Source: Bacillota bacterium (GTDB lineage: Bacteria > Bacillota > UBA4882 > UBA8346). From it: a DNA stretch of 64,000 nucleotides. Under the pieces are notes generated by a model. That model was not told the origin of the DNA, did not search any database, and worked only from the letters and a program-made list of their open reading frames with translations. Positions 9,386-19,448 of this stretch are shown piece by piece. The position numbers were made by a program, and so were the translations under genes. How positions within the stretch are numbered: the first letter of the stretch is position 1; each line of letters begins with the position of its first letter. The DNA lies in assembly GCA_023401925.1 (NCBI GenBank), contig JAEXDA010000029.1, positions 1-64,000 of the forward strand, given 5' to 3'.

Positions 9386-10033
9386 TCATTGAATCAACAT
9401 TTCATGAAAGTCATGAACATAGCCGTCCGCGATGGCCTGGATGGCCGCTTTTTGATGGGCGGAATAACTGTCATAGACTCCATAGGCTTTCATGCCGGCC
9501 GCTTTAATGGCAGTAATGGCTTCCAATATATCGTCAAACGCAATGCAATCACCGGGAGCCACTCCTAATTTTTTGGCAGCCAGCCTGTAAATATCCGGGT
9601 GTTCCTTACCACGGCTCACCTCGGCAGTTGAGGTGAGGGCGTCGAATAATTCATAGATTCCATTGTTTTTTAGAACCGGTTCATAAAGCAACTTTGGCAA
9701 GCTGGTAGCCGTTCCGATTTTAACAGGTTGTTGTTTCAGGAATTCAAGATACTCACGGGCATGGGGCTTTAATGATATGTTATGGCCGTATTCGTAGAGA
9801 ACCATGTCATTCCACTCCCCAATGATATCGGGTATTTTTTCGTTTAAATGAAATAAATCAACGGTGTATTGCGCCGCTTCTGGAAAACTCATTGGAGCGA
9901 TGGCTTTTACATATTGTTCCGGCATCGTCAAATTACGTTTGGCCAAAAAGTCGTAGTCGACTTTTTCCCATACCCCCATGGAATCCAGCAGAGTACCGTC
10001 TAAATCAAAGATAGCCGCCTTGAAACCAACCAT
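9386..10033 (-). CDS. HAD-IA family hydrolase (beta-phosphoglucomutase-like phosphatase). Last gene of the thi operon, candidate thiamin monophosphate phosphatase
   Basis: FDLDGTLLDS motif I and downstream HAD motifs. Start lies 2 nt after the thiE stop on the same strand. Confidence 0.7.
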   Translation of the reverse strand: MVGFKAAIFDLDGTLLDSMGVWEKVDYDFLAKRNLTMPEQYVKAIAPMSFPEAAQYTVDLFHLNEKIPDIIGEWNDMVLYEYGHNISLKPHAREYLEFLKQQPVKIGTATSLPKLLYEPVLKNNGIYELFDALTSTAEVSRGKEHPDIYRLAAKKLGVAPGDCIAFDDILEAITAIKAAGMKAYGVYDSYSAHQKAAIQAIADGYVHDFHEMLIQ

Positions 10034-10035
10034 AA

Positions 10036-10713
10036 TCAGTTCCCCTTTGTTTGTAAAAATAGCTTTTTCAAGTTTCCGGCTGCCGAAAGGATATCCTTTT
10101 TGGCAATCAGGGCTGATACTACGGCAATTCCATCAATTCCCGTGTGCTCGAACAAGGGAATGCTTGTTTCATTGATGCCGCCGATCACCACACAGGGTAG
10201 GTCAACCGATGCTTTGATCCGTTTTAATTCTTCCATGGTTACCAGTTTAGCTTCGGTTTTGGTTCCGGTGGCGAACATTGCGCCGACGCCGAGATAATCT
10301 GCGCCCTCCAACCGGGCCTTCATCGCTTCCTTCAGGGAGGAAACCGAGAGGCCCAGGATTTTTCCGGGGCCGATAATTTTCCGGACAATGGAGGCGGGTA
10401 AATCTTCCTGACCGATATGAACACCGGCGGCTTCAACGGCTAAGGCGATATCAACCCGGTCATTAATGATCAGGGGAACGCCATGATCATCGGTGATCCG
10501 TTTGATTGCCACGGCGGTATTGTAAAAATCCAGGGATGAGGTTTTTTTCTCCCGTAACTGGACTAAGGTGCATCCTCCGGCAATCGCTTCTTCTACAGCC
10601 TGTTCCAGGGTGGGGGTGCTCATCAAATCCTGATCCGTGACCAGATAAAGACTATAATCGATTCGAGGCTTTGGTATTATTGGGTCCATAGTTTGATCCC
10701 TCCGTTGGTTCAA
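10036..10713 (-). CDS. thiE: Thiamine-phosphate synthase
   Basis: YLVTDQDL...LVQLREK...INDRVDIAL...GVHIGQEDL motifs of the ThiE/TMP-PPase family. Confidence 0.9.
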   Translation of the reverse strand: MNQRRDQTMDPIIPKPRIDYSLYLVTDQDLMSTPTLEQAVEEAIAGGCTLVQLREKKTSSLDFYNTAVAIKRITDDHGVPLIINDRVDIALAVEAAGVHIGQEDLPASIVRKIIGPGKILGLSVSSLKEAMKARLEGADYLGVGAMFATGTKTEAKLVTMEELKRIKASVDLPCVVIGGINETSIPLFEHTGIDGIAVVSALIAKKDILSAAGNLKKLFLQTKGN

Positions 10714-10754
10714 AGTAAAGTTGTTCCAAGAGCGATTGCTCGATTTCTGCCCGA

Positions 10755-11588
10755 TTATTCATGGGTTTTGGTCTTTTCCATTATCATTTGAGGGTTTAGG
10801 ATGCTGATGCTGTCGATGATGGCCCCGCGATAACTGCCGGTACCTTTGGAGCCGGCAGTTTCATAGGCAAGCTCTCCGGCAATCCCCATGCAGGTAATGC
10901 CGGCCGCTGCCGCCAGAAAATAATCGGAGGTCACTCCGGCAAAAGCGCCTACTAATGAGGTGCTCATGCAACCTGTCCCTGTTACCTGCGATAACATGGG
11001 ATGGCCATTTTGAATTTGTAAAGTTCGTTTGCCGTCGGAAATCAGATCAGTAGCCCCGGTAATGGCGACCACAGTATTTAATTTCTTGGCCAGGCTTTTC
11101 GCGATTTCCATACCGCTTTGGTCACTTTTGGCGATATCGCTCTCGGCAGCGTCAACTCCTTTGGTCGCAGCTTCTAAACCACTCATAAATCGAATTTCCG
11201 ACATATTCCCCCGCAGGATACTGATGGTGACTTGTTCCAACAACCGGGTCACGGTTTGATTGCGCAGTTCCGATGCTCCGGCTCCCACCGGATCCAGTAT
11301 TACCGGAATATTTCTTTGATTGGCCTTCTTTCCCGCAGCCAACATCGAAGAAATCGTCCTTTGATTCAGGGTTCCGATATTGAGGACTAAAGAGGAGGAA
11401 ATGGCGGTGATGGCCTCGACTTCATCGATATCATCGGCCATAATCGGCGATGCGCCGATAGCCAGAACAATATTGGCACAGTCATTGACAGTCACATAAT
11501 TGGTAATGTGATGGATGATGGGCTTTTTTCCCCGGAGTTCCTCCAGGGTTCGCCCAATTTGGATGGGGATGGTGAGGTCTTCTCTCAT
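10755..11588 (-). CDS. thiM: Hydroxyethylthiazole kinase
   Basis: [26 protein letters not shown] motif characteristic of ThiM. 277 aa. Overlaps the thiC stop by 4 nt (ATGA). Confidence 0.9.
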   Translation of the reverse strand: MREDLTIPIQIGRTLEELRGKKPIIHHITNYVTVNDCANIVLAIGASPIMADDIDEVEAITAISSSLVLNIGTLNQRTISSMLAAGKKANQRNIPVILDPVGAGASELRNQTVTRLLEQVTISILRGNMSEIRFMSGLEAATKGVDAAESDIAKSDQSGMEIAKSLAKKLNTVVAITGATDLISDGKRTLQIQNGHPMLSQVTGTGCMSTSLVGAFAGVTSDYFLAAAAGITCMGIAGELAYETAGSKGTGSYRGAIIDSISILNPQMIMEKTKTHE

Positions 11589-12919
11589 ATCGATTCCTTT
11601 CCTTCTTTGGACAGATTGGATTTCAACTCAACATCTTGGCCGTTTAAAATGCGGTTCATGGTTCTGACTGCGCACATTTTGCCGCACATCGAGCAACTCT
11701 GTTTATCTTCCGGCGGAATGCTTTCGAAATAGGTTTTGGCTTTTTCACCGTCGAGTGCCAGTTTAAACATTTTATCCCAGTCCAGGACATGGCGAGCTTC
11801 ACTCATACGATGATCAATGTTGCGGGCATTTCTGACTCCTTTGGCAATGTCCCCCGCGTGAGCGGCTATTTTGGAAGCGATGATGCCGTCCTTTACATCT
11901 TGTAAATCAGGTAATCGCAAATGTTCGGCGGGAGTCACATAGCAGAGAAAATCGGCACCGTTTGCTGCGGCGATAGCACCGCCGATAGCGGAGGTGATGT
12001 GATCATACCCGGGTGCGATATCGGTAACCAAAGGTCCTAATACATAGAATGGCGCACCATGGCACAGGCGTTTTTCCAGCGTCATATTGGCGGCGATTTC
12101 GTCCATTGCCATATGGCCCGGTCCTTCCACCATCACTTGTACATCCTGTTGCCAGGCCCGTTGTGTTAAGTTTCCAAGCTCTATCAGCTCGGTGATTTGC
12201 GAAGGGTCTGTCGAGTCCTGAATGCTGCCGGGGCGAAGCGCATCACCCAGGCTGATGGTGACGTCATATTGACGCAGGATATTTAAAAGATCATCATAGT
12301 ATTCATAGAAAGGGTTTTCATTGCCGGTCATTTTCATCCAAGCGAACAGCAGAGACCCGCCTCGTGAAACAATATTCATTTGCCGTTTTTCACGTATAAA
12401 AATTTCTACGGCCCGGCGGTTGAGGCCCGCATGAATGGTCATGAAATCAACGCCCTCACGGGCATGAAGACGCACAACTTCCAAAAAGTCTTGTGCCGTG
12501 ATGTTTTTTAAATCTTTGTCCAGGTAGCCGACTGCATCGTAGATCGGGACCGTGCCAATCATGGCAGGAGAGTATTCAATCAGTTTTTTTCTAAATTCAT
12601 GGGTCTTGCCGTAATTACTTAAGTCCATGATGGCTTCCGCGCCATATTTGATAGCTAGCTTGACTTTATCCATCTCCGCGTGATAATCGGCGCAGTCACC
12701 GGAAATACCCAGATTGACATTGATTTTTGTCCGGAGTCCGTGGCCGACGCCGCTCGGATGCAAAGATTGGTGGTGAATGTTAGCGGGAATGGCGACTTGT
12801 CCGGTGGCTACCAGGGAAAGTAATTCCTGCTCCGGGAATCCTTCATCTTTGGCGACCTGGGCCAGCTCTTTTGAAACGATGCCTTTTTTGGCGGCTTCCA
12901 TTTGGGTTTTATAATTCAT
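11585..12919 (-). CDS. thiC: Phosphomethylpyrimidine synthase (radical SAM, ThiC family)
   Basis: 444 aa. Conserved ThiC core and C-terminal CSMCGKMCA Fe-S cluster motif. Confidence 0.95.
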   Translation of the reverse strand: MNYKTQMEAAKKGIVSKELAQVAKDEGFPEQELLSLVATGQVAIPANIHHQSLHPSGVGHGLRTKINVNLGISGDCADYHAEMDKVKLAIKYGAEAIMDLSNYGKTHEFRKKLIEYSPAMIGTVPIYDAVGYLDKDLKNITAQDFLEVVRLHAREGVDFMTIHAGLNRRAVEIFIREKRQMNIVSRGGSLLFAWMKMTGNENPFYEYYDDLLNILRQYDVTISLGDALRPGSIQDSTDPSQITELIELGNLTQRAWQQDVQVMVEGPGHMAMDEIAANMTLEKRLCHGAPFYVLGPLVTDIAPGYDHITSAIGGAIAAANGADFLCYVTPAEHLRLPDLQDVKDGIIASKIAAHAGDIAKGVRNARNIDHRMSEARHVLDWDKMFKLALDGEKAKTYFESIPPEDKQSCSMCGKMCAVRTMNRILNGQDVELKSNLSKEGKESI

Positions 12920-13727
12920 GGGAACAAACTCCTTTCAATCCGTGTTGATAAAGCTCATAAAAATGGTGGGTTGGGCCGCAACCTTTGCCAATGGATAAGG
13001 CATGTTCGATAGCGGTCGTAACATAGTGTTTTGCGTGTTTCACCGCTTCCGGCAAGTTCATTCCCAAGGCTAGATTGGCGGCAATTGCCGAGGAATAGGT
13101 ACAGCCGGTCCCGTGAGTGTTTTTGGTGGATATGCGTTTGGCATTGTAATGATAAAATTGTCTGCCGTCATATAAAACATCCAAGGCATCTCCCACGGCA
13201 TGCCCTCCTTTGATTAAAACATTCCTGCTACCCATTTGGTAAATTGCTACCGCGGCCTTTTCCATATCCGCAGTGGAGGATATGGATTGGCCGGTGATTT
13301 TTTCAGCCTCCGGAAGATTGGGTGTCAAAACATCGGCCAACGGGATAATAACCTTGATCAGTGTGTTAATGGCATCCGGATTCATGAGGGGACAGCCGTT
13401 TTTGGCCATCATCACCGGGTCAATGACGATGTTGCCGGGCTTGTATTGCCGGAGTTTTGCGGCGACCGCTTCCATGCTTGCGGGCCCCGAAAGCATACCG
13501 ATTTTTACGGCGTCGCTGCCGATATCTTCATAAACGGCGTCGATTTGTTGCTGGATCATTTCCGGGGTAACATCTTGAATTGCCAAGACCCGGCTGGTGT
13601 TTTCAGCGACAACGGACACAATGACGCTCATGCCGAATACGCCGTGAGCCGAAAATGTTTTTAAATCGGCCTGGATACCGGCCCCGCCACTACAATCGGA
13701 TCCGGCGATCGAAAGAACTTTTTTCAT
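12909..13727 (-). CDS. thiD: Hydroxymethylpyrimidine / phosphomethylpyrimidine kinase
   Basis: [24 protein letters not shown] is the canonical ThiD N-terminus. AAGGAGAA ribosome-binding site precedes the ATG at 13727. The listed ORF extends 40 codons upstream into the riboswitch and is over-called. Confidence 0.85.
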   Translation of the reverse strand: MKKVLSIAGSDCSGGAGIQADLKTFSAHGVFGMSVIVSVVAENTSRVLAIQDVTPEMIQQQIDAVYEDIGSDAVKIGMLSGPASMEAVAAKLRQYKPGNIVIDPVMMAKNGCPLMNPDAINTLIKVIIPLADVLTPNLPEAEKITGQSISSTADMEKAAVAIYQMGSRNVLIKGGHAVGDALDVLYDGRQFYHYNAKRISTKNTHGTGCTYSSAIAANLALGMNLPEAVKHAKHYVTTAIEHALSIGKGCGPTHHFYELYQHGLKGVCSHEL

Positions 13728-13739
13728 GATTTTCTCCTT

Positions 13740-13893
13740 GGTTGTAGAATAAAAAAGAGCGCTCCCGGTAGAAAGCGCTCCTAAATTTTGCTTCCCTACG
13801 ACAGTGTTAACCGACAGGTTCAAAGGGTCAGGTTTTAACCTTCTCAACTCGACCGCGTTCGCGTACTTTGCGAACAGAGTTCCCCCGCATGTG
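13740..13893 (-). ncRNA. TPP (THI-box) riboswitch, promoter-distal copy A, with its own intrinsic terminator directly upstream of the thiD ribosome-binding site
   Basis: Minus-strand sequence contains GGGGGAAC...UUGAGAAGG...ACCCUUUGAACCUGUCGGUUAACACUGUCGUAGGGAAGC, matching the THI-element consensus (CUGAGA, ACCCUUUGAACCUGAUC...GCGUAGGGAA). Terminator hairpin GAGCGCUUUCUACCGGGAGCGCUC plus a U-tract at 13756-13781. Confidence 0.85.
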
Positions 13894-13924
13894 AATGATA
13901 TTAAATTGTGTTTCCTACAATGAT

Positions 13925-14090
13925 CAATAAAAAAGCACTTACCCCGAAATAGGCAAGTGCTTGATCAAATACAATAAAGTAAATGATTTGCTTCCCTACG
14001 ACAGTGTTAACCGACAGGTTCAAGGGGTCAGGTTTTAACCTTCTCAACTCAAACGCGTTCGCGTACGTTGCGAACGCGAGTTCCCCCGCA
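13925..14090 (-). ncRNA. TPP riboswitch, promoter-proximal copy B (~95% identical to copy A, 200 bp register), with its own terminator hairpin
   Basis: Second copy of the ~104 nt aptamer at 13987-14090. Hairpin AGCACUUGCCUAUUUCGGGGUAAGUGCU plus UUUUUUAUU at 13928-13962. Confidence 0.8.
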
Positions 14091-14105
14091 AATTTAAATT
14101 AATCC

Positions 14106-14134
14106 TATTATACTCCAAAAGAAGGGAATGTCAA
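14106..14134 (-). promoter_or_regulatory. Near-consensus sigma-A promoter for the thi operon (TTGACA-17-TATAAT), overlapping the 3' end of the upstream convergent-orientation gene
   Basis: Minus strand reads cTTGACAttcccttcttttggagTATAATagg. A transcription start there would lie ~10 nt before riboswitch copy B. Confidence 0.6.
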
Positions 14135-15120
14135 GAAGCATCGTCCGCCGGAAAGACCAAACCAATTTTTTTACGGACTTCATCCAGGATTTCCATGACC
14201 GTCAGGGAAAGTTGGTGGGAATTTATTTGGGATTCGATTTGATGATTTTCAATCAAATGGAAGAACTCTTGTACTTCATAAAACATCAATTCTTCCGTCT
14301 GCTTTCTCGATATGTCCTCTCGCAGGCCGTTCCGGTAACGGATTTCGATTTTTTGCGGCGTCGAAATTTTATCAATGATGATGTTGCCTCCTTCTCCTTG
14401 GATTTCACTAGGAAGCTCTGAGTCGGCAATCTTTGAATGGATAATGACCGCTTCCTTATCGGGATAATGTAAAACCAGGCTTCCTTCACCGTCAATCCCG
14501 GAGTCGAGGAAGACGGCGCTTGCCTCTAAACTATCCGGTTTACCAAACAGGGCTACTACGGGATAAATGCAATATACACCGATGTCCATCAATGAGCCGT
14601 TCGAAAGCTTCGGGTCAAAGGCATTGGCAGTTTTTCCAGCCTTGTAGTCGTCATAGCGGGAGGAATATTGGCATTTGTTGCTAAAAAATCGGCGTATTCT
14701 TCCGATCTTGGATAAATTCACCCGAAGGGCGTGAAAGTTGGGTAAAAGGGTCGTTTTAAGAGCTTCCATCAGGGCTACCTGATTGGCCTTGGAACTTTCA
14801 ATCATCGCCAGAAGTTCCTTGCCGTTGGAAGCAATCGGTTTTTCACAGAGCACATGCTTTTGGTGATTCATGAATAAAATGGCTTGCCGGGCATGACAAC
14901 AATTGGGGCTGGCGATATATACCGCATCGATGGTTTCACTTTTGGCCATTTCCTCTAAATCAGTAAAGATATGTTTCACGGCATATCTTTCGGCAAATTC
15001 CGATGCCCGCGCCTTTGTCCTCGAATAAACGGCCGCCAATTGAAATCTTTCGTCTAAACTTGCGGCTTTAATAAAAGCTTCCGTAATCCATCCTGTACCT
15101 ACCACACCAAATCGGATCAT
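14131..15120 (-). CDS. Gfo/Idh/MocA-family NAD(P)-dependent oxidoreductase
   Basis: N-terminal Rossmann motif IRFGVVGTGWI and EKP motif (CEKPIA). 329 aa. Confidence 0.85.
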   Translation of the reverse strand: MIRFGVVGTGWITEAFIKAASLDERFQLAAVYSRTKARASEFAERYAVKHIFTDLEEMAKSETIDAVYIASPNCCHARQAILFMNHQKHVLCEKPIASNGKELLAMIESSKANQVALMEALKTTLLPNFHALRVNLSKIGRIRRFFSNKCQYSSRYDDYKAGKTANAFDPKLSNGSLMDIGVYCIYPVVALFGKPDSLEASAVFLDSGIDGEGSLVLHYPDKEAVIIHSKIADSELPSEIQGEGGNIIIDKISTPQKIEIRYRNGLREDISRKQTEELMFYEVQEFFHLIENHQIESQINSHQLSLTVMEILDEVRKKIGLVFPADDAS

Positions 15121-15394
15121 GTTAACCCCCGTTATTTTAATTTTGATTTCTTCAAAGGTGCGTGCAACTATTCATTTTAGTATTTTGAGGAAGAAAATTC
15201 AATGATTTGTTTTGGCCCCCCTCACTGGATAGTATAATCAACAGGAGAAATGAGTAAGCGGGGTGAAAAAATATTGATTCCATTACCGAATATATAAAGA
15301 AAATTTCGGGAGGCTTCCGGTTTAAAAATATATCTTTTTCCCCAAAATAGGATGAGCCTTCGGTCAAAATTTTCGGAAAGGACCTTTTGTAAAT

Positions 15395-16279
15395 ATGAAA
15401 AGAAGTAATATTTTCTTGATGGGAGTCGTTCTTTTAGCCTTCTTGGTGACCGGTACAGGCTTGGGAGAACGCATTTTCAGCCATCTTTCTTTGTATCAGC
15501 ACCCCAATGTCCGGAATACATTGACTTACTATTGCCGCGAAGGGATTGTCAAAGTCACTTATCTGGACAGGAAAGTCCAAATCTTACTGCCGGATGGACG
15601 TAAGTTTATGTTGCCGCAGGTGGTTGCGGCTTCCGGGACAAGATATAGCAATGGGAAAATTGAGTTTTGGAGCAAAGGCCCCAATGCTTTTGTTTTGGAA
15701 AATGGTAAAATCATTTGTAGCGACGGGGTTGCAGGGACTGTTCGTCCAATTGACCGGAAAACAGTACTTTTCACGGATGACGGGAAAAACTTTTCCTTTC
15801 AGTATCCAAAGCAATTTCGAGTATCTGGAAAAGGGATCGGCTTTTCGAGGGATTGGCGGGTTGGCGCAACGGACTTGGGAATGGTTTTAGCCATGGTAAC
15901 CATCCCCAAATCATATCTGCCGCAGACTAATTTCAGCGGAGCCACTTTTACCATCGGTCAAAGCAGTAATCCTGAGGCAGTAAAGAGATGCTTTGAAAAC
16001 CCTCAAGGATATGGCGCCCGGATGGAGAAGGTTACGATTCATGGGGTTCCTTTTACCAAGTTCACCTTTTCAGATGCCGGAGCGGGGAATGTTTACGAAA
16101 CAGTCAGTTATCGTACCAAACGCGGCGAAGCGTGTTATGGGGTCGAATACACGATCCATTCCACCAATATCGGGATGTATTCCCCTGATCAGGGCATTAA
16201 AGAATTCGATAAGGCCAAAATCCTCAAGATTCTTGAAAAGATGGCCGGAAGTTTTCGTTTCTTAGAAAAGAGGCAATGA
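15395..16279 (+). CDS. Secreted protein with an N-terminal MliC-like (lysozyme-inhibitor fold) domain and a C-terminal domain of unknown function
   Basis: Signal peptide. YYCREGIVKVTYLD...LLPDG...AASGTRYSNGKIEFWSKGPNAFVLENGKIICSDG fits the MliC pattern (Y.C...SASGARY...FW.KG.EA...C). Confidence 0.45.
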   Translation: MKRSNIFLMGVVLLAFLVTGTGLGERIFSHLSLYQHPNVRNTLTYYCREGIVKVTYLDRKVQILLPDGRKFMLPQVVAASGTRYSNGKIEFWSKGPNAFVLENGKIICSDGVAGTVRPIDRKTVLFTDDGKNFSFQYPKQFRVSGKGIGFSRDWRVGATDLGMVLAMVTIPKSYLPQTNFSGATFTIGQSSNPEAVKRCFENPQGYGARMEKVTIHGVPFTKFTFSDAGAGNVYETVSYRTKRGEACYGVEYTIHSTNIGMYSPDQGIKEFDKAKILKILEKMAGSFRFLEKRQ

Positions 16280-16419
16280 CTGATACCATTTGTTTTTCAT
16301 TGAATACTCCGCAAATAATTTTGCAGTAAACAAAACTATTGACTTATAGTAAGCTCGAAGGTATAAAGTAAAAAATGTATATGAGTCGATAACAACTTTA
16401 TTTAAATGGGGTGATTTTG

Positions 16420-17337
16420 GTGAAAAAAATCAATATTGGGAATGGCACCGTCGATGCTCCGGAGATTGCGCTAGGTTGTATGCGGATTGCGGATATTTCA
16501 CAGAAGGAAGCTGCAACGCTTATTCATACGGCTTTGGAAGAGGGGGTCAATTTTTTCGATCATGCCGATATCTATGCCGGTGGAAAAGCCGAGGAAACCT
16601 TTGCCCAAGCTGTCGAAATGAATTCGAGCCTTCGCGAAAAATTAATCATTCAAACCAAGTGCGGAATCCGGAAGGGCTACTTCGATTTTTCCAAAGAACA
16701 TATTCTGGAAGCCGTCGAAGGTAGTCTCAAACGGTTGCAAACCGAGTATATTGATATTTTGTTGCTGCATCGCCCGGATACTTTGGTGGAGCCGGAAGAG
16801 GTTGCCGAAGCCTTTACTATCCTGGAGAATAGTGGTAAGGTGCGCTATTTCGGGGTAAGCAACCAAAATCCCATGCAGATTGAGTTGCTTCGAAAATATG
16901 TGAAACAAAAATTAATCATTAATCAATTACAATTCAGTATCACCAACACGGGAATGATTGATGCGGGACTCAATGTGAATATGGAGATCGACCGTTCCGT
17001 CGACAGGGATGGCAGTATCTTGGATTACTGCCGACTGAAGGACATTACGATTCAGGCTTGGTCGCCATTCCAATTCGGCTTCTTCGAGGGTGTTTTCTTG
17101 GATAACCCCAAATTTCCGGAATTGAACCAGAAAATTGACGAGCTGGCAAAAGCGAAAGGGGTAGCCAATACCGCAATCGCGATTGCCTGGATTTTAAGGC
17201 ATCCTGCTAAAATCCAGCCGATTGTGGGTACAACCAATGTCAAACGCCTCAAGGATATATGCAAGGCGTCGACAATCAGCCTAAGCAGGGAAGAATGGTA
17301 TCAGATTTACCTGGCTGCCGGCAATAAACTTCCGTGA
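16420..17337 (+). CDS. Aldo/keto reductase family oxidoreductase
   Basis: GCMRI...GVNFFDHADIYAGGKAEE motifs. The listed ORF starts at a GTG at 16411, but the GTG at 16420 has a better-spaced ribosome-binding site. Confidence 0.85.
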   Translation: MKKINIGNGTVDAPEIALGCMRIADISQKEAATLIHTALEEGVNFFDHADIYAGGKAEETFAQAVEMNSSLREKLIIQTKCGIRKGYFDFSKEHILEAVEGSLKRLQTEYIDILLLHRPDTLVEPEEVAEAFTILENSGKVRYFGVSNQNPMQIELLRKYVKQKLIINQLQFSITNTGMIDAGLNVNMEIDRSVDRDGSILDYCRLKDITIQAWSPFQFGFFEGVFLDNPKFPELNQKIDELAKAKGVANTAIAIAWILRHPAKIQPIVGTTNVKRLKDICKASTISLSREEWYQIYLAAGNKLP

Positions 17338-17408
17338 AAAGGGAATGAACCAATTTTTCTTCCATAAAGGCGTTGCGGAGGCAGCGTCTTTATGGAAGCT
17401 CGTAAATT

Positions 17409-17831
17409 TTATAAGTTGGCGGCGGCTGTGATGATTTTTTCCTTGGCAGCCATGGCTGCCACCGTTACTACAGGCCCTTTACAGTTCTCGTAATGAGCGA
17501 TTTTATAATCGATTTTTTCCAGATTCTTTTTGAGTTCGTTGATTTGTTTCAATACATCCTGGCGGTGTTCAACCAACATTTTCTTGCGGGACGCCAAGCT
17601 TTCGTCACCATCCAGACACCAACCGATATATTGTTTGATCTGTTTAATCGGCATCCCGGTGTTTTTTAAACAGCAAATCAATGATAACCATTCCAGATCA
17701 CTCTCCGTAAAAGAACGGTTACCGGTATGATCCCGTTCAACAAAGGGCAATAAACCTTCTTTCTCATAATACCGGAGCGTATACACTGTTAGATTCATCT
17801 TTTCGGCCGCTTGTTTGATCGTTAATCCCAT
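17409..17831 (-). CDS. MerR-family transcriptional regulator
   Basis: N-terminal helix-turn-helix (IKQAAEKMNLTVYTLRYYEKEGLL) plus coiled-coil dimerisation region. Divergent from the Fe-ADH gene. Confidence 0.85.
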   Translation of the reverse strand: MGLTIKQAAEKMNLTVYTLRYYEKEGLLPFVERDHTGNRSFTESDLEWLSLICCLKNTGMPIKQIKQYIGWCLDGDESLASRKKMLVEHRQDVLKQINELKKNLEKIDYKIAHYENCKGPVVTVAAMAAKEKIITAAANL

Positions 17832-18155
17832 GATCGTAAATCCCTCATTTCTTTCATTTTTAAATTGGCAAAGTATCGAGTTTTGTTATTTCCGGTAGAT
17901 GTGACTCCTCAAATCAAGCTTGATGAATTCGGTGGGTTCTCTATACGTAGTCACTTTACTTATATCTTAGAGTATACTCCGGGTCAATGGGAAAACAAAC
18001 AACAAAATTGATTCATGTTCTTTTTTAATTGATTATGCCAAACGGAATGGTCTTCGAATTTATTTGGCTTCAAGTTAACTCAAAGGTATAGATGAAACGG
18101 ATGTTCAAACGATTCTGCCAGGAAACCGGGAATGAAAACAAGGGAGGAAACCAAT

Positions 18156-19322
18156 ATGAATTTTAATTATTATATGCCGACGAAAATTTTATTTGGCAAA
18201 GGACAGCTGAAGTCTTTACACCTCCAGTCGTTGCCGGGTAAAAAGGCTTTGATTGTTACCAGCGCAGGAACTTCTGTAAAAAGATACGGTTATTTGGACA
18301 GTTTGGAAGAACAGCTTAGAAAATCTGATGTCGAATATGTTTTATTTGATAAAGTTATGGCCAATCCCATTAAAAATCACGTCATGGATGGCGCAAAGCT
18401 CGTCAAGGAGACAGGATGCGACTTTGTCATTGGTCTGGGCGGAGGTAGCAGCATCGATTCAGCGAAAAGCATTGCCGTAATGGCAACTAATCCGGGAGAC
18501 TATTGGGATTATATCAACGGTGGTACCGGCAAAGGTCAAACCGTTAAAAACCGTCCTCTACCCATTGTTGCCATAACTACCACGGCGGGAACAGGCACGG
18601 AAGCCGACCCTTGGACCGTTATTACCAATGAAGTAACCCATGAAAAAATCGGTTTCGGATATGAAGGGACATTTCCGGTACTTTCCATTGTCGATCCGGA
18701 ATTAATGATGACAGTGCCCCCGCATTTAACAGCCTACCAAGGATTTGACGCTTTATTTCACAGTACGGAAGGATATATCAATAAATATGCCAATTCCATG
18801 AGCGACTTATATGCTCTGAAAAGTATCGAATTGATCGGAAAAAATTTGGCGACCGCCGTAAGGGATGGTTCCAATGAAGAAGCCAGAGCCAGCGTAGCCC
18901 TGGCCAATACCTTTTCAGGTATCGTCGAGTCAACTTCGGGTTGTACTTCGGAGCATTCAATGGAACACGCGCTTAGCGCCTTTCATCCGGAGCTTCCTCA
19001 CGGGGCGGGGTTAATCATGATAAGTAAGGCTTATTATACGCACTTTGCAGGTAGAGGCGCCTGCGACGGGCGAATGGTTGACATGGCAAAAGCGCTCGGT
19101 TTTACGGAAGCCAAAGAACCAATGGATTTTGTGGATGCATTGGTGAAATTGCAGCAGGGATGCGGAGTCGCCTCCCTTACAATTTCGGATTACGGCATCA
19201 AGGTCGAAGAAATAGATAAATATGTCAGGAATGCCAGAGAGACCATGGGCGGACTGTTTGAAGTCGATCCGGCGCCCCTTTCCGATCAGGATGTGAAAAA
19301 TATTTTAACCCGATCTTTTTAA
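18156..19322 (+). CDS. Iron-containing (group III) alcohol dehydrogenase
   Basis: GGGSSIDSAK and metal-binding His motifs of the Fe-ADH family. AAGGGAGG ribosome-binding site before the ATG at 18156. Confidence 0.85.
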   Translation: MNFNYYMPTKILFGKGQLKSLHLQSLPGKKALIVTSAGTSVKRYGYLDSLEEQLRKSDVEYVLFDKVMANPIKNHVMDGAKLVKETGCDFVIGLGGGSSIDSAKSIAVMATNPGDYWDYINGGTGKGQTVKNRPLPIVAITTTAGTGTEADPWTVITNEVTHEKIGFGYEGTFPVLSIVDPELMMTVPPHLTAYQGFDALFHSTEGYINKYANSMSDLYALKSIELIGKNLATAVRDGSNEEARASVALANTFSGIVESTSGCTSEHSMEHALSAFHPELPHGAGLIMISKAYYTHFAGRGACDGRMVDMAKALGFTEAKEPMDFVDALVKLQQGCGVASLTISDYGIKVEEIDKYVRNARETMGGLFEVDPAPLSDQDVKNILTRSF

Positions 19323-19448
19323 TCAATGGATTTACCAACGGTCGCAAGACCGTTTTTTTTTATTTTAGATTAGGCTGAACAAAGATTGACTGTGAAAAAT
19401 GGTATGAGATAATTGAAGAAAAGTATATTGGTTTTTCGGAGGAATCCA

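Noticed and set aside
12909-13847. 312-aa ORF call for thiD extending to 13847
   Set aside because: The upstream 40 codons overlap the riboswitch terminator. The ThiD-conserved N-terminus [15 protein letters not shown] with a strong ribosome-binding site starts at 13727.
13787-14090. Two ~104-bp direct repeats 200 bp apart that might be mistaken for CRISPR or IS terminal repeats
   Set aside because: There are only two copies, they are much longer than CRISPR repeats, and their sequence matches the TPP riboswitch consensus, each followed by a terminator hairpin. They sit exactly in the thi-operon leader.
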